A stretch of 64,000 nucleotides of DNA. Origin: an uncultured Chloroflexia bacterium. GTDB taxonomy: Bacteria; Chloroflexota; Dehalococcoidia; DSTF01; JACRBR01. How positions within the stretch are numbered: position 1 is the stretch's first letter; each line of letters starts with the position of its first letter. A program made the position numbers and the translations under genes. Of this stretch, positions 29,188 to 40,325 are shown piece after piece. The notes under the pieces are model-generated. The model saw only the letters and a list, made by a program, of their open reading frames with translations. It had not been told where the DNA came from and searched no databases. The stretch lies in assembly GCA_963701135.1 (NCBI GenBank), contig OY969567.1, forward strand, positions 1,537,847 through 1,601,846, written 5' to 3'.

Positions 29188-30930
29188 TCACTCTTCCAGC
29201 GTGCTTGTGTCGCCCTCGGGCAGGCCGAGTTCGCGCGCCTTGAGCAGACGGCGCATGATCTTGCCCGATCGGGTCTTCGGCAGCGTTGTCAAGAAGTCGA
29301 TCTCGCGCGGCGCGATGCCCGGCCCGAGCTTCTTGCGGCTGAACTGCAGCAGCTCGCGGCGCAGCTTGTCAGACGGCTCATATCCGTCCTTGAGCGTGAC
29401 GAACGCCTTGACGATCTCCATCGCCACCGGATCGGGCTTGCCGATGACGCCGGCCTCGGCCACGGCCGGGTGCTCGATGAGTGCGCTCTCGACCTCGAAC
29501 GGGCCGACGAGATGGCCCGCGGTGTTGATGACGTCGTCCGAGCGGCCGACAAACCAGAAGTAGCCGTCTTCGTCCATGCGGGCACGGTCGCCGGTGATGT
29601 ACCAGCCGTTCCTGAACTTGGAGCGGTACATCGATTCGTTGTTCCAGTAGGTGCGGAACATCGATGGCCAGCCGGGGCGAAGGGCGAGGTCGCCTTCTTC
29701 TCCGGGCGTCTTCAAGTTCCCTTCTTCGTCGATCACGCCGGGCTCGATGCCGGGCATCGGGCGGCCCATGCTCCCGGGCTTGATCGGGAGCACCGGGTAG
29801 TTCGCGATCATGATCGAGCCGGTCTCCGTCTGCCACCAGTTGTCGTGGAACGGCAGGCCGATCGCCTTCTCGGACCAGACGACGGCCTCGGGGTTGAGCG
29901 GCTCGCCGACCAACATCGTGTAGCGCAGGCTCGACAGGTCGAAGCGCTTCGGCAGTTCGTCGCCGGCCTTCATCAGCAGGCGGATCGCCGTCGGCGCCGT
30001 GTACCACACGTTGACTTTGTGGCGCTGGATGACCTCGTACCATCTGCTCGCCGCGAAGCCGTCTTCGTAGATCACCGACGTGACGCCGTTGGTGTGCGGC
30101 GCGAACATGCCGTACGAGGTGCCGGTCACCCACCCGGGGTCGGCGGTGCACCAGTAGATGTCGCCCGGGCGCAGGTCGAGCACGTACTTGCCCGTGGCGT
30201 AATGGCCGAGCACGGCCTGGTGCACGTGCACGGCGCCTTTCGATTTTCCGGTGGTGCCCGACGTGTAATGCATGACCGCCGGGTCTTCGGGCCCGGTATG
30301 GACGATCTCGTACTCGGTCGAGGCGTCCTTGATCAGCTCATTCCACGACAGCTCGCCCGGTTGCACCGCGGGCTCCTTGCCGTGCTCGACGATGATGATG
30401 TGCTTGAGCTCCGGCAAATGCGGCTTCATCTGCGCGACCTTCGCGCGCTGGTCGGGCGAGGTGACCAGCACCTTCGCGCCCGCATCGGCGATGCGGTCGC
30501 CGGCGGCGTCGGGGCCGAACGCGGAGAACAGCGGCCCGGTGACGCACCCGGCCTTGAGCGTGCCGAAGACGGCGGCGTACAGCTCCGGCACGCGGTCCAT
30601 GAAGCAGAACACGCGGTCGCCCTTGACGATGCCCAGGCGGCCGAGCACGTTGGCGAACTGGTTGGACATGCGCATCGCGTCGGCGTACGTGTACTGCTCG
30701 ACGCGGCCGTCCTTGCCTTCCCACAGCCAGCAGATCTGCTCGCCGCGTCCGTGCCGCACGTGACGGTCGATGGCCTCGTGCGCGATGTTCAGCGAGCCGC
30801 CGGGAAGGCCATCGAGCTCCTTGATCACGTCCGGGTACACGAAGCCTGCGCGGATGCGCTCGTAATCGTCGAGATTGGGGCGCACGCGGAACTGATCGAG
30901 CGGTGGCTTCGCGATGATCGGATAATCCAT
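29188..30930 (-). CDS. AMP-forming acetyl/acyl-CoA synthetase (AcsA-like, about 580 aa)
   Basis: NIAHEAIDRH, YTSGTTGKSKG (AMP-binding P-loop), WWQTETG, YITGD, and C-terminal SGKIMRR. Confidence 0.8.
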   Translation of the reverse strand: MDYPIIAKPPLDQFRVRPNLDDYERIRAGFVYPDVIKELDGLPGGSLNIAHEAIDRHVRHGRGEQICWLWEGKDGRVEQYTYADAMRMSNQFANVLGRLGIVKGDRVFCFMDRVPELYAAVFGTLKAGCVTGPLFSAFGPDAAGDRIADAGAKVLVTSPDQRAKVAQMKPHLPELKHIIIVEHGKEPAVQPGELSWNELIKDASTEYEIVHTGPEDPAVMHYTSGTTGKSKGAVHVHQAVLGHYATGKYVLDLRPGDIYWCTADPGWVTGTSYGMFAPHTNGVTSVIYEDGFAASRWYEVIQRHKVNVWYTAPTAIRLLMKAGDELPKRFDLSSLRYTMLVGEPLNPEAVVWSEKAIGLPFHDNWWQTETGSIMIANYPVLPIKPGSMGRPMPGIEPGVIDEEGNLKTPGEEGDLALRPGWPSMFRTYWNNESMYRSKFRNGWYITGDRARMDEDGYFWFVGRSDDVINTAGHLVGPFEVESALIEHPAVAEAGVIGKPDPVAMEIVKAFVTLKDGYEPSDKLRRELLQFSRKKLGPGIAPREIDFLTTLPKTRSGKIMRRLLKARELGLPEGDTSTLEE

Positions 30931-31117
30931 CGGTGGCGCCTCGCGTGCTCTCGATGAGGGGGTCGTTTGGCGTGGCTTAATCTAGCGGACGACCTTTGGC
31001 GGGTCAACATTTCGATTGCCCGGAGCTGGCGAGGCCCGCGGCGGTCGCGCCGCCGGGACTTCGAGCGCTGACGCCGGCTTGTGACCGCGCGGGTTCCGAT
31101 GCTAACCTGCGGCAACG

Positions 31118-31392
31118 GCGACGATCGGGACGAGTAGCGACCTACTCGCCGGCCAAGAGAGGGCGCGGATGGTGCGAGCGCCCGCCGGCAATCCGCGAAG
31201 ACCACCCGTGAGCCGCATCCCGAAGGCCGGCCACGCGGGCTGAAAAGCCCGCGCTACGGAAGTGGCGGTGCGTAGGCGATGCCGACTGGCCCCGTTACCG
31301 GCCGAATGGAGCTCGCCTCGCGGCGAGGAACCAGGGTGGAACCACGGAGCGCGTCTCCCGTCCCTGCAAGGGCGGTGGCGCGCTTTTTTTCG
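31118..31392 (+). promoter_or_regulatory. T-box leader (tRNA-Thr-responsive, specifier ACC) with intrinsic terminator
   Basis: Stem I elements AGTA, AGAGAG and GGTGCGA. Specifier region GAAG-ACC-A (ACC at 31201-31203). T-box sequence AACCAGGGTGGAACCACGG (about 31329-31347). GC-rich terminator helix followed by T7 at 31384-31390, 25 nt before the thrS ATG. Confidence 0.8.
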
Positions 31393-31414
31393 TGTTGATG
31401 CAGGAGTACTCGCC

Positions 31415-33196
31415 ATGAGCCTCGAACAGATGACCCGCGAGGACCGTCTCTACCGCATGCGCCACTCCGCGGCGCACATCATGGCGGAAGCCGTGCTGGA
31501 GATGTTCCCCGAAGCGAAGTTCGCCATCGGCCCGCCCATTGACACCGGCTTCTACTACGACTTCGAGCTGCCGCGCGCGCTCACGCCCGAAGACCTGCCC
31601 GAGATCGAACGCCGGATGCGCGACCGCATGTCGTCCGACGTGCCGTTCGAGCACAGCGAACTGCCGAAGGCCGAGGCGCTCAAACTCTTTGCGGGCCAGC
31701 CGTTTAAGGTCGAGTTGATCGAGGGGATTAGCGACGCGGCGGTCTCGCTCTACAAGCAGGGCATGTTTCTGGACCTGTGCGAGGGCCCGCACGTCGGCCG
31801 CACGGGCCAGGTGCCGCCATTCAAACTGACGTCGGTCGCTGGAGCGTACTGGCGCGGCGACGAGAAGCGCCCGATGCTCCAGCGCATCTACGGCGCCATG
31901 TTCGAGACGCAGGAAGAGCTCGACGACTACCTGCATCGGCTCGAAGAGGCCGCTCGCCGCGACCACCGCAAGCTCGGCCGTGAGCTGGAGCTGTTCACGT
32001 CGAGCGAGCTCGTCGGCTCCGGGCTTCCGACGCTGCTGCCCAAGGGCGCGACGATCCGGCGGCTGCTGGAGGAATACATCCTCAAGCAGGAGCGCGAGTC
32101 GGGGTACGAGCACGTCTACTCGCCCGTCCTCGCCAAGGTCGACCTCTACAAGATCTCCGGCCACTGGGCCCACTACCGCGACAGCATGTTCCCGCCGATG
32201 CAGCTCGAGCACGAGGAGATGGTGCTGCGGCCGATGAACTGTCCGCACCACATCCTGGTGTATCAGAACAAGCTGCACAGCTACCGCGAGCTGCCCGTGC
32301 GCATCGCCGAGCTCGGGACGATGTATCGCTACGAGAAGTCGGGCGTCGTCGGCGGCCTCAGCCGCGTGCGCGCCATGACGCTCAACGACGCCCACATCTT
32401 CTGCCGGCCCGACCAGATCAAGGCGGAGATCATGGGCGTAATACGCCTCGTCGAGCGAGCGTTCGCGACGCTGGGGATCACGGACTACACGTACCGCCTT
32501 TCGCTCCGCGACCCCGCGAACACGGAGAAGTACGTCCAGGACGGCGAGCTGTGGCGCGTTGCCGAGGCGGAGCTGCGCGACGTGCTGGATTCGCTCAAGC
32601 TCGACTACTACGACGGCGTCGGCGAGGCCGCGTTCTACGGGCCGAAGATCGACATCCAGATCCGCGACACGCTCGGCCGCGAGGAGACCCTCGCCACGAT
32701 CCAGGTCGACCGCCACCTGCCCGCGCAGTTCGACCTCAAGTACGTCGGCGAGGACGGGCAGCATCACCGGCCCGTGATGATCCACCGCGGCATCATCGGC
32801 ACCATGGAGCGCATCATGGCGTACTTGATCGAGCTGTACGCCGGCGCGTTCCCCGCGTGGCTCGCGCCCGTGCAGGCGATGGTGATCCCGATCGCCGACC
32901 GCCACGCGGACTACGCGCACGAGGTCCTGGAGAGCCTCCGCGCCGCCGGACTACGCGCCGGCGTCGACGCGCGGAGCGAGCGCATGAATGCGAAGATCCG
33001 CGACGCGCAGCTCCAGAAGATCCCGTACATGCTCATCGTGGGAGACCGCGAGGCGGAGCAGCAGGCGGTGTCCGTGCGCACCCGCTCCGGCGAAGATCTG
33101 AAGTCGATGCCGGTGTTCCAGTTCATCGACCGCCTGCAGGACGAAGTGGCGACCGCCATGGAGCCGGAAGAGGCCGGCCCCGACATCGGCCGTTAG
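31415..33196 (+). CDS. thrS: threonine--tRNA ligase (lacks N-terminal TGS domain)
   Basis: CAGGAG RBS and ATG 31415. Editing-domain HSAAHIM near residue 20, class II motifs, anticodon-binding C-terminus. 593 aa. Confidence 0.9.
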   Translation: MSLEQMTREDRLYRMRHSAAHIMAEAVLEMFPEAKFAIGPPIDTGFYYDFELPRALTPEDLPEIERRMRDRMSSDVPFEHSELPKAEALKLFAGQPFKVELIEGISDAAVSLYKQGMFLDLCEGPHVGRTGQVPPFKLTSVAGAYWRGDEKRPMLQRIYGAMFETQEELDDYLHRLEEAARRDHRKLGRELELFTSSELVGSGLPTLLPKGATIRRLLEEYILKQERESGYEHVYSPVLAKVDLYKISGHWAHYRDSMFPPMQLEHEEMVLRPMNCPHHILVYQNKLHSYRELPVRIAELGTMYRYEKSGVVGGLSRVRAMTLNDAHIFCRPDQIKAEIMGVIRLVERAFATLGITDYTYRLSLRDPANTEKYVQDGELWRVAEAELRDVLDSLKLDYYDGVGEAAFYGPKIDIQIRDTLGREETLATIQVDRHLPAQFDLKYVGEDGQHHRPVMIHRGIIGTMERIMAYLIELYAGAFPAWLAPVQAMVIPIADRHADYAHEVLESLRAAGLRAGVDARSERMNAKIRDAQLQKIPYMLIVGDREAEQQAVSVRTRSGEDLKSMPVFQFIDRLQDEVATAMEPEEAGPDIGR

Positions 33197-33216
33197 CCAG
33201 GCGCTTGCCGGCGCGG

Positions 33217-33861
33217 CTAACCGCCGAGCTTGCCCCCGAAGTCGTCGAGCCGCTGCTCGAGCCGCCGTTGCTGTACCGACAGCGTGAGGTCGCCGCGCGT
33301 CTTTTCCAAAATCCCGCGCACGCTGTCCGTCGTGCGCCGCAGTCCGCCGGTCATAGCGTCCGGGTAGTCGACGGTCACGAGCACGGAGTACATCTCGTCC
33401 ATCGCGCGCAGCCACTCCTCGCACTGCTCGACGTTGCCGGAGCGCAGCGTGTCGAGCAGGTGCCGCCGCAGCTCGCCCACCGCCTCGCCCATGCCGTTGA
33501 GGTACGCCGGCAGCCCAACGTCGAGGCTCTCCGGCGTCGGCAGCTCGCCGCCGGCGATCAGCGCCAACGTGATCGAGGCCTCGGCGAATTCCTTCTGCGA
33601 GTCGTGCACGAACCCGGCGTGGAAGATGTCCTCGTGACCGGCGAGGCTCTGTTTCGCGATCGCGAGCTGCGCGCCGGCCCTGCCCGCCAGCTCGCGCGCC
33701 GTATCGAACTCATGGCGGTGCACCGCGCGGATCGCGTTCGCCGAAAAGCGGATCGCTTCCCGGCAGAGCGGCAGCGCCTTCTCCCGCGCCTGGTTCTTCG
33801 ATGCGAAGTCCTCGCGCACCCGCTCCATGATCGTGTCAAGTGTCTTGGAAATGTCGGTCAT
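33217..33861 (-). CDS. translin-family protein
   Basis: ATG 33861. All-helical 214 aa. ...FVHDSQKEFAEASITLALI...YLNGMGEAVGELRRHLLDTLR...GLRRTTDSVRGILEKTRGDL matches the translin/TRAX pattern (QEy.EA...yl.Gl.D..GEL.R...LR.k.D.....kvE) from memory. Confidence 0.6.
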   Translation of the reverse strand: MTDISKTLDTIMERVREDFASKNQAREKALPLCREAIRFSANAIRAVHRHEFDTARELAGRAGAQLAIAKQSLAGHEDIFHAGFVHDSQKEFAEASITLALIAGGELPTPESLDVGLPAYLNGMGEAVGELRRHLLDTLRSGNVEQCEEWLRAMDEMYSVLVTVDYPDAMTGGLRRTTDSVRGILEKTRGDLTLSVQQRRLEQRLDDFGGKLGG

Positions 33862-33951
33862 GTCAGTCAGTTCACAGTCTACAGTTCTCAGTTCACAGTG
33901 AGGGCTCACAGGCGCACTGTGAACTGTCTACTGCAAACTGTGAACTCGTCA
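33862..33951. repeat. inverted pair of heptamer arrays: (GTTCACA)-type 33862-33897, 19-nt spacer, (CTGTGAA)-type 33917-33951
   Basis: Read directly. The left arm starts 1 nt from the translin ATG, and the right arm overlaps the stop codon of the upstream FmdB gene. Confidence 0.9.
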
Positions 33952-34284
33952 CAGATCCTTCACCACGTCCGGCAGTTCGCCCTCGCGCGCGGCGTCAATC
34001 ATCGTGCGCGCCTCGTCGGGCAGATCCATGCCGTAGTCGTCGAACTTCTTCTCGACCCACCGGCCGATCTGGCGCGGGTCCTTGTAATCTTCGGCCCGCT
34101 GCGGCATCGAACCGTACTCTTCGAGCACGCGCTGTTCGCCCTTGTGGTACGCGAAGCGCGAGAGCGCGCGGGCGGTCTTGGCGCCGCAGTGCTGGCACGC
34201 CGGCGGGACCTCGTTGTCCGGGTTCCGTACGAAGGCGCTCGTCAGGCGTTCGCACTTCTTGCACTTGTACTCGTAGATCGGCAT
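33949..34284 (-). CDS. FmdB-family zinc-ribbon protein
   Basis: MPIYEYKCKKCE...CQHCG, the CxxC-x(n)-CxxC signature with the typical MPIYEY start. Confidence 0.8.
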   Translation of the reverse strand: MPIYEYKCKKCERLTSAFVRNPDNEVPPACQHCGAKTARALSRFAYHKGEQRVLEEYGSMPQRAEDYKDPRQIGRWVEKKFDDYGMDLPDEARTMIDAAREGELPDVVKDL

Positions 34285-34312
34285 GACGGGTACAGCCTAC
34301 CGCAAAGCGCCG

Positions 34313-34675
34313 CTAGAAATCGTCGTCCCCGCCTTCGTCGCCGAACTCGCCACCGCCCATCACCTCTTCGGGGTCTTCGCCGGCCTCGACGCGGTCGATC
34401 ATCTCGTCGAACTCCGGCCCCAGGTCCTCGCCCATCTCGTCCTTCATGCGGCGGGCCCAGCGCGCGACCGACTGCGGGTCGTTTTCATCGACGTCCGGCA
34501 TCGGCCCGTCGTCGACGTCGCCCGCGCCGCGGTGCACGGCGAAGCGCGACAGCAGCCGCGTCAGCTTGCTGCTGCCGCAGTGCTCGCACGTCGCACGCAC
34601 GGGCGACGTCGCCGAGCGCACGAACACCGACGTCCGGCGCTTGCAGGCGGCGCAGCGATACTCGTAGATGGGCAT
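34313..34675 (-). CDS. FmdB-family zinc-ribbon protein (paralog, acidic tail)
   Basis: MPIYEYRCAACK...CEHCGS. C-terminus is strongly acidic (GEFGDEGGDDDF). Confidence 0.8.
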   Translation of the reverse strand: MPIYEYRCAACKRRTSVFVRSATSPVRATCEHCGSSKLTRLLSRFAVHRGAGDVDDGPMPDVDENDPQSVARWARRMKDEMGEDLGPEFDEMIDRVEAGEDPEEVMGGGEFGDEGGDDDF

Positions 34676-34719
34676 TCCGGTAGCTGCTTATCACAGCGCG
34701 GCGCGACCGGCAACCGCGA

Positions 34720-35100
34720 TCACCGCCGGTCCGGCCGCACCGCATCCTCGATGTGCGTCACCCCGAGCATCGTGCCGTCGCGCGCGACCTCGATCGCAAC
34801 CACATCGATCCGCAAGGGCATGTCGGCGACCTCCGGCCGGTGCTCGATGTAGTGCTCCACGGCCGTCAGCATCTTGCGCGCCTTGCCGCGCGTGATCGAC
34901 AGCGCCGCCATCCCGGCATAGGCGCCGCGTCGCGTCCGCACCTCCACGAACACGAGCGCGTCGTCATCGATCGCGATGAGGTCGATCTCCGCCTCGCGCA
35001 CGCGGAAGTTCCGGTCGATGATGCGGTAGCCCTTCGCCTGCAAATGGGCGGCCGCCGTCCGCTCGCCGAACCCGCCGAGGTGCTGGCGCTCGTCAGGCAA
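34720..35100 (-). CDS. yraN: YraN-family (UPF0102) endonuclease-like protein
   Basis: TTG 35100 overlapping the rnhB stop by 8 nt. GERTAAAHLQAKGYRIIDRNFRVREAEIDLIA.....LVFVEVRTRR pattern. Confidence 0.75.
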   Translation of the reverse strand: MPDERQHLGGFGERTAAAHLQAKGYRIIDRNFRVREAEIDLIAIDDDALVFVEVRTRRGAYAGMAALSITRGKARKMLTAVEHYIEHRPEVADMPLRIDVVAIEVARDGTMLGVTHIEDAVRPDRR

Positions 35101-35777
35101 GCGCGGGTTCCCGCTCGATGATCGCCTCCACCGGCGGCGCCAACGCGACGCCGCGCGCCTCCAGCGCCGCACGCACCGGCGCGAACAGCCGGCGGTGGAT
35201 CTCGCACGGGCCGTGCTCGTCGAGCGCGCGCTTGTGGTCCGGCGTCGCGTAGCCGCGGTTGTGGTCGAAGCCGTAGGCCGGGTATTGCGGGTGGTACGCC
35301 TCCATGATCGCATCGCGCGTCACCTTGGCGATGATCGACCCGGCGGCGATCGACGCGCTGAGCGCGTCGCCGTGGATGATCGAGCGGTGCCGGTACTCCG
35401 GCAGCGACACGGCGTCAATGAGCAGCATGTCGGGGCGGCACGGGAGCGCCGCGATCGCCTGCCGCATCGCCAGCTTCGTCGCCGCGATCAGGCCGAGTGC
35501 GTCGATCATGTCGTGCGAGACGACGCCGGCGCCCCACGCGCACTCGTCGCGGATCGCGTGCGCCAGCCGCTCGCGCCGGCCGCCGGCAGCAGCTTGCTGT
35601 CGCGGAGTTCGCACCACCATGTGCACGCGAACTGGGGTCGAGGATCACGGCGCCGGCCACGACAGGCCCGGCGAGCGGCCCGCGGCCCGCTTCATCGACG
35701 CCGGCGACGTGCCGGAAGCCCCGCCGCCAGGCGGCGATCTCGGCGTTCAACGTGGGCACTGCCTGGTAAAGGCCCAT
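35093..35777 (-). pseudogene. rnhB: ribonuclease HII, two frameshifts (about 35635 and 35580)
   Basis: N-terminus ...[25 protein letters not shown] (ORF 35415-35900 frame). Then [19 protein letters not shown] in a second frame (DSK motif). Then [13 protein letters not shown]...LIDAVSL...HGDALSASIAAGSIIAKVTRD...GYATPDH in ORF 35093-35626. Confidence 0.8.
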
Positions 35778-35899
35778 CGCCGCGATGCTAGCACCGCCCT
35801 TCCTGCCAGTAAAGCCGTGCCCGAGACAGGCGGCGCGGCTACCATTGCGCAGAGATCGAGGGAACCCCCGTACGGACCGCAGCGCACAGGAGGCCGCCA

Positions 35900-36088
35900 A
35901 TGCCCATCGTCAGGGTCGAGATGTTCCCCGGACGCACGCACGCCCAGAAGCAGGAGCTCGCGCGGGCGATCACCGAGGCCGTCGCGAACATCGCCCACAC
36001 CACACCCGACGCGACGATCGTCATCTTCCAGGAGATCGAGCGCGAGGACTGGGCGCAGGGCGGCAAGCTCGCCTCGGACGAAGACTAA
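35900..36088 (+). CDS. 4-oxalocrotonate tautomerase-family enzyme
   Basis: [22 protein letters not shown]. 62 aa with catalytic Pro1. Confidence 0.8.
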   Translation: MPIVRVEMFPGRTHAQKQELARAITEAVANIAHTTPDATIVIFQEIEREDWAQGGKLASDED

Positions 36089-36243
36089 GGGTTCTGCCGA
36101 TGGGTCAACGCGGCCCACGGGCGGATACTCAAACGGCGGTTCGAGCGCTGATCGCTGGACGCGCCCATTGCACGAACTGCAGGGCTGGCGCAGTCGTGGC
36201 AGTCCGGACGTCAAGGCTCACGAGTCTGTAACGTTCGGCCTGA

Positions 36244-36272
36244 GTTACATGCCGAGAGGGCTCTGTTATACT
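36244..36272 (+). promoter_or_regulatory. putative sigma-70-type promoter of ftsH
   Basis: GTTACA - 17 nt - TATACT, 55 nt upstream of the ATG. Sequence inspection only. Confidence 0.35.
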
Positions 36273-36326
36273 GGCCGCAAGCATCCCCGCACCCCGTACG
36301 CCGGGGGAAAAGGTTAGGTTAAGCCT

Positions 36327-38318
<1,992 letters not shown>

Positions 38319-38341
38319 CCGCCTGCCGGTAACGGACGAGA

Positions 38342-38369
38342 GGGGCTCCCAGCCGGGAGCCCCTTTTTT
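38342..38369 (+). terminator. intrinsic terminator after ftsH
   Basis: GGGGCTCCC-agcc-GGGAGCCCC followed by TTTTTT. Confidence 0.8.
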
Positions 38370-38411
38370 CATGGTGTTGATTCGCGGCCGCCGCCGCTGG
38401 AGCGCAAGCAC

Positions 38412-40304
38412 ATGGAACTCGTCCGATTTCAGAACGTCAGCAAGGGATACGGCTTCGGCCCGGTGCTGGCCGATGTCACGCTGCGAATCCTCGCCGGGCA
38501 GAAGGCGGGCCTGATCGGCGCGAACGGCGCCGGCAAGACGACGCTGATCCGCATCATCACCGGCGAGGAGCCGGCCGACGCGGGCGGCGTCACCCGCGCC
38601 CACGGTATCCGCATCGGCTACGTGCCGCAGCAGGCGTCGTTCGGCGACGGCGAGACCGTGGCCGAGTGCGTGCTCGCCGCCAACACCGCGGCTGAGCACG
38701 CGCTTCGCCGCGCTGAAGAACACCTGGCCCGGGCGGACGCTGCCGGCATCGCCGCGGCCGAGGCCGCGTACGAGGCGGCGGCCGCCGCGTACGAGCACGC
38801 GGGCGGCGACCAACACCACCGGCGCGCCGAGAGCATGCTGCAAGCGCTCGGCCTCGGCGGGCGCAGCGGCGATCTCGTCGGCACGCTCTCGGGCGGTGAG
38901 AAGAACGTCCTGTCTCTCACGAGGGCGCTGCTGGAAGAGCCCGACCTGCTCGTGCTCGACGAGCCAGGCAACCACCTCGATTTCGAGGGCCTCGCGTGGA
39001 TCGAGGAGTTCCTCCGTGGCTTCCGCGGCGCCGTGCTCCTTGTCTCCCACAACCGCTATCTGCTCGACCGCGTCGCCGAGACCATCCTGCACCTGGATGC
39101 TGGACGTGTGCGGTCGTACGCGGGCAACTACTCGACCTACCGCATGACGTCGCTGCGCGAAAAGGTCGCGCAACAGGCCGATTACGTCGCCGGCCAGAAG
39201 CGGCTGGCCCAGCTCGAAGATCTCGTGCGGCGTTTCCAGGAGATCGCAAAGCGCACCGGCGACGCGGCGTGGGGCAAGCGGCTGCGCGCCCGCGGATCGC
39301 AGCTCGAGCGCGCCCGCGGCGATGCGACGGAACGCCCTCCCGCGGAGGCACCGTCGCTCCGTCTGCAACTGACCGGCGATGTGAGCCGGGCCGACGTGGC
39401 GCTCCAGGTCCGCGGCTACGACAAGTCGTTCGGCGAGCGGCGCCTGTTCGAGGGCGCGAGCATGGAGATCGCGTGTGGCGAGCGCGTGGCGCTCATCGGC
39501 CCGAACGGCTGCGGCAAGACAACGCTGCTCCGCGACGTCATCGCGCACGCCGCCTGGGACCATCCGGTGTTGCGCATCGGCCCGAGCCTGCGCGTCGGCT
39601 ACTGCGCACAAGAGCAGGAGGTGCTGGACGACGAGCGCACCGTGCTGTCGCAGATGCTCGCCGGCGGCAATATCAGCCGAGACCGGGCGTTCAATGTGCT
39701 CACGCAGTTCCTGTTCGGGTACAACGACCTCGACAAGCGCGTCGGCGACCTCTCCGGCGGTGAGCGCAACCGGTTGCAGCTCGCCGTGCTGATGACCTGG
39801 CAGCCCGACTTCCTGATCCTCGACGAGCCGACGAACCACCTCGACATCCCCGCGCGAGAGGCGATCGAGGGTGCGCTGTCGGACTTCAACGGCACGATCC
39901 TCGCCGTATCACACGACCGCTACTTCCTCGACAAGATCGCCGGGCGCGTCGTGGAGGTCCGCGATGCCGCCCTCGTGTCGCACGCCGGCAACTTCTCCGA
40001 GTTCTGGCTCGAACGCGCGCCGGCGCGGCTCGGGGCGGCGCGCGTGGCCACGCGGGCGCGCCAGCGCGAACGGCCTGCGACGCCGCCCGCCCGGCCGAAG
40101 AGCGCGCGGGCAGCCGAGCTGCAGGCGAAGATCGAGCGCGCCGAGCACGAGCGGCTCGACATCGAGCGGCGCGTCGCCGATGCGTTCACGCGCGGCGACC
40201 ATCGCGCCGGGACGCGCGCCGCAGGCGAACTGAAACGACTGAGGCCGCGCATCGACCGCATGTACCAGGCGTGGCTCGAGGCGGAAGGTGACAACGAAGA
40301 TTGA
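38412..40304 (+). CDS. ABC-F family ATPase (two ABC domains, no TM domain)
   Basis: Two Walker A sites (GANGAGKTT, GPNGCGKTT), two LSGGE signatures, and a charged C-terminal coiled region. 630 aa. Confidence 0.85.
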   Translation: MELVRFQNVSKGYGFGPVLADVTLRILAGQKAGLIGANGAGKTTLIRIITGEEPADAGGVTRAHGIRIGYVPQQASFGDGETVAECVLAANTAAEHALRRAEEHLARADAAGIAAAEAAYEAAAAAYEHAGGDQHHRRAESMLQALGLGGRSGDLVGTLSGGEKNVLSLTRALLEEPDLLVLDEPGNHLDFEGLAWIEEFLRGFRGAVLLVSHNRYLLDRVAETILHLDAGRVRSYAGNYSTYRMTSLREKVAQQADYVAGQKRLAQLEDLVRRFQEIAKRTGDAAWGKRLRARGSQLERARGDATERPPAEAPSLRLQLTGDVSRADVALQVRGYDKSFGERRLFEGASMEIACGERVALIGPNGCGKTTLLRDVIAHAAWDHPVLRIGPSLRVGYCAQEQEVLDDERTVLSQMLAGGNISRDRAFNVLTQFLFGYNDLDKRVGDLSGGERNRLQLAVLMTWQPDFLILDEPTNHLDIPAREAIEGALSDFNGTILAVSHDRYFLDKIAGRVVEVRDAALVSHAGNFSEFWLERAPARLGAARVATRARQRERPATPPARPKSARAAELQAKIERAEHERLDIERRVADAFTRGDHRAGTRAAGELKRLRPRIDRMYQAWLEAEGDNED

Positions 40305-40325
40305 CGCTCGCCGGACACGCGGAAG

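Noticed and set aside
31295-32920. 541-aa minus-strand ORF antisense to thrS; similar ORFs at 37971-39839, 9127-10149, 24184-25287 and 54840-55943
   Set aside because: These are antisense to genes with unambiguous motifs and have low-complexity composition. They are GC-rich artefacts.
32551-34683. 710-aa plus-strand ORF spanning the thrS 3' end, the translin gene and both FmdB genes
   Set aside because: It is an Arg/Pro-rich artefact. It overlaps four genes with clear motifs on their own frames and strands.
36222-36250. Inverted repeat TGTAAC-N12-GTTACA upstream of ftsH, considered as a CIRCE/HrcA operator
   Set aside because: It does not match the CIRCE consensus (TTAGCACTC-N9-GAGTGCTAA). 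Half of it doubles as the putative -35 element. It is kept only as part of the promoter call.
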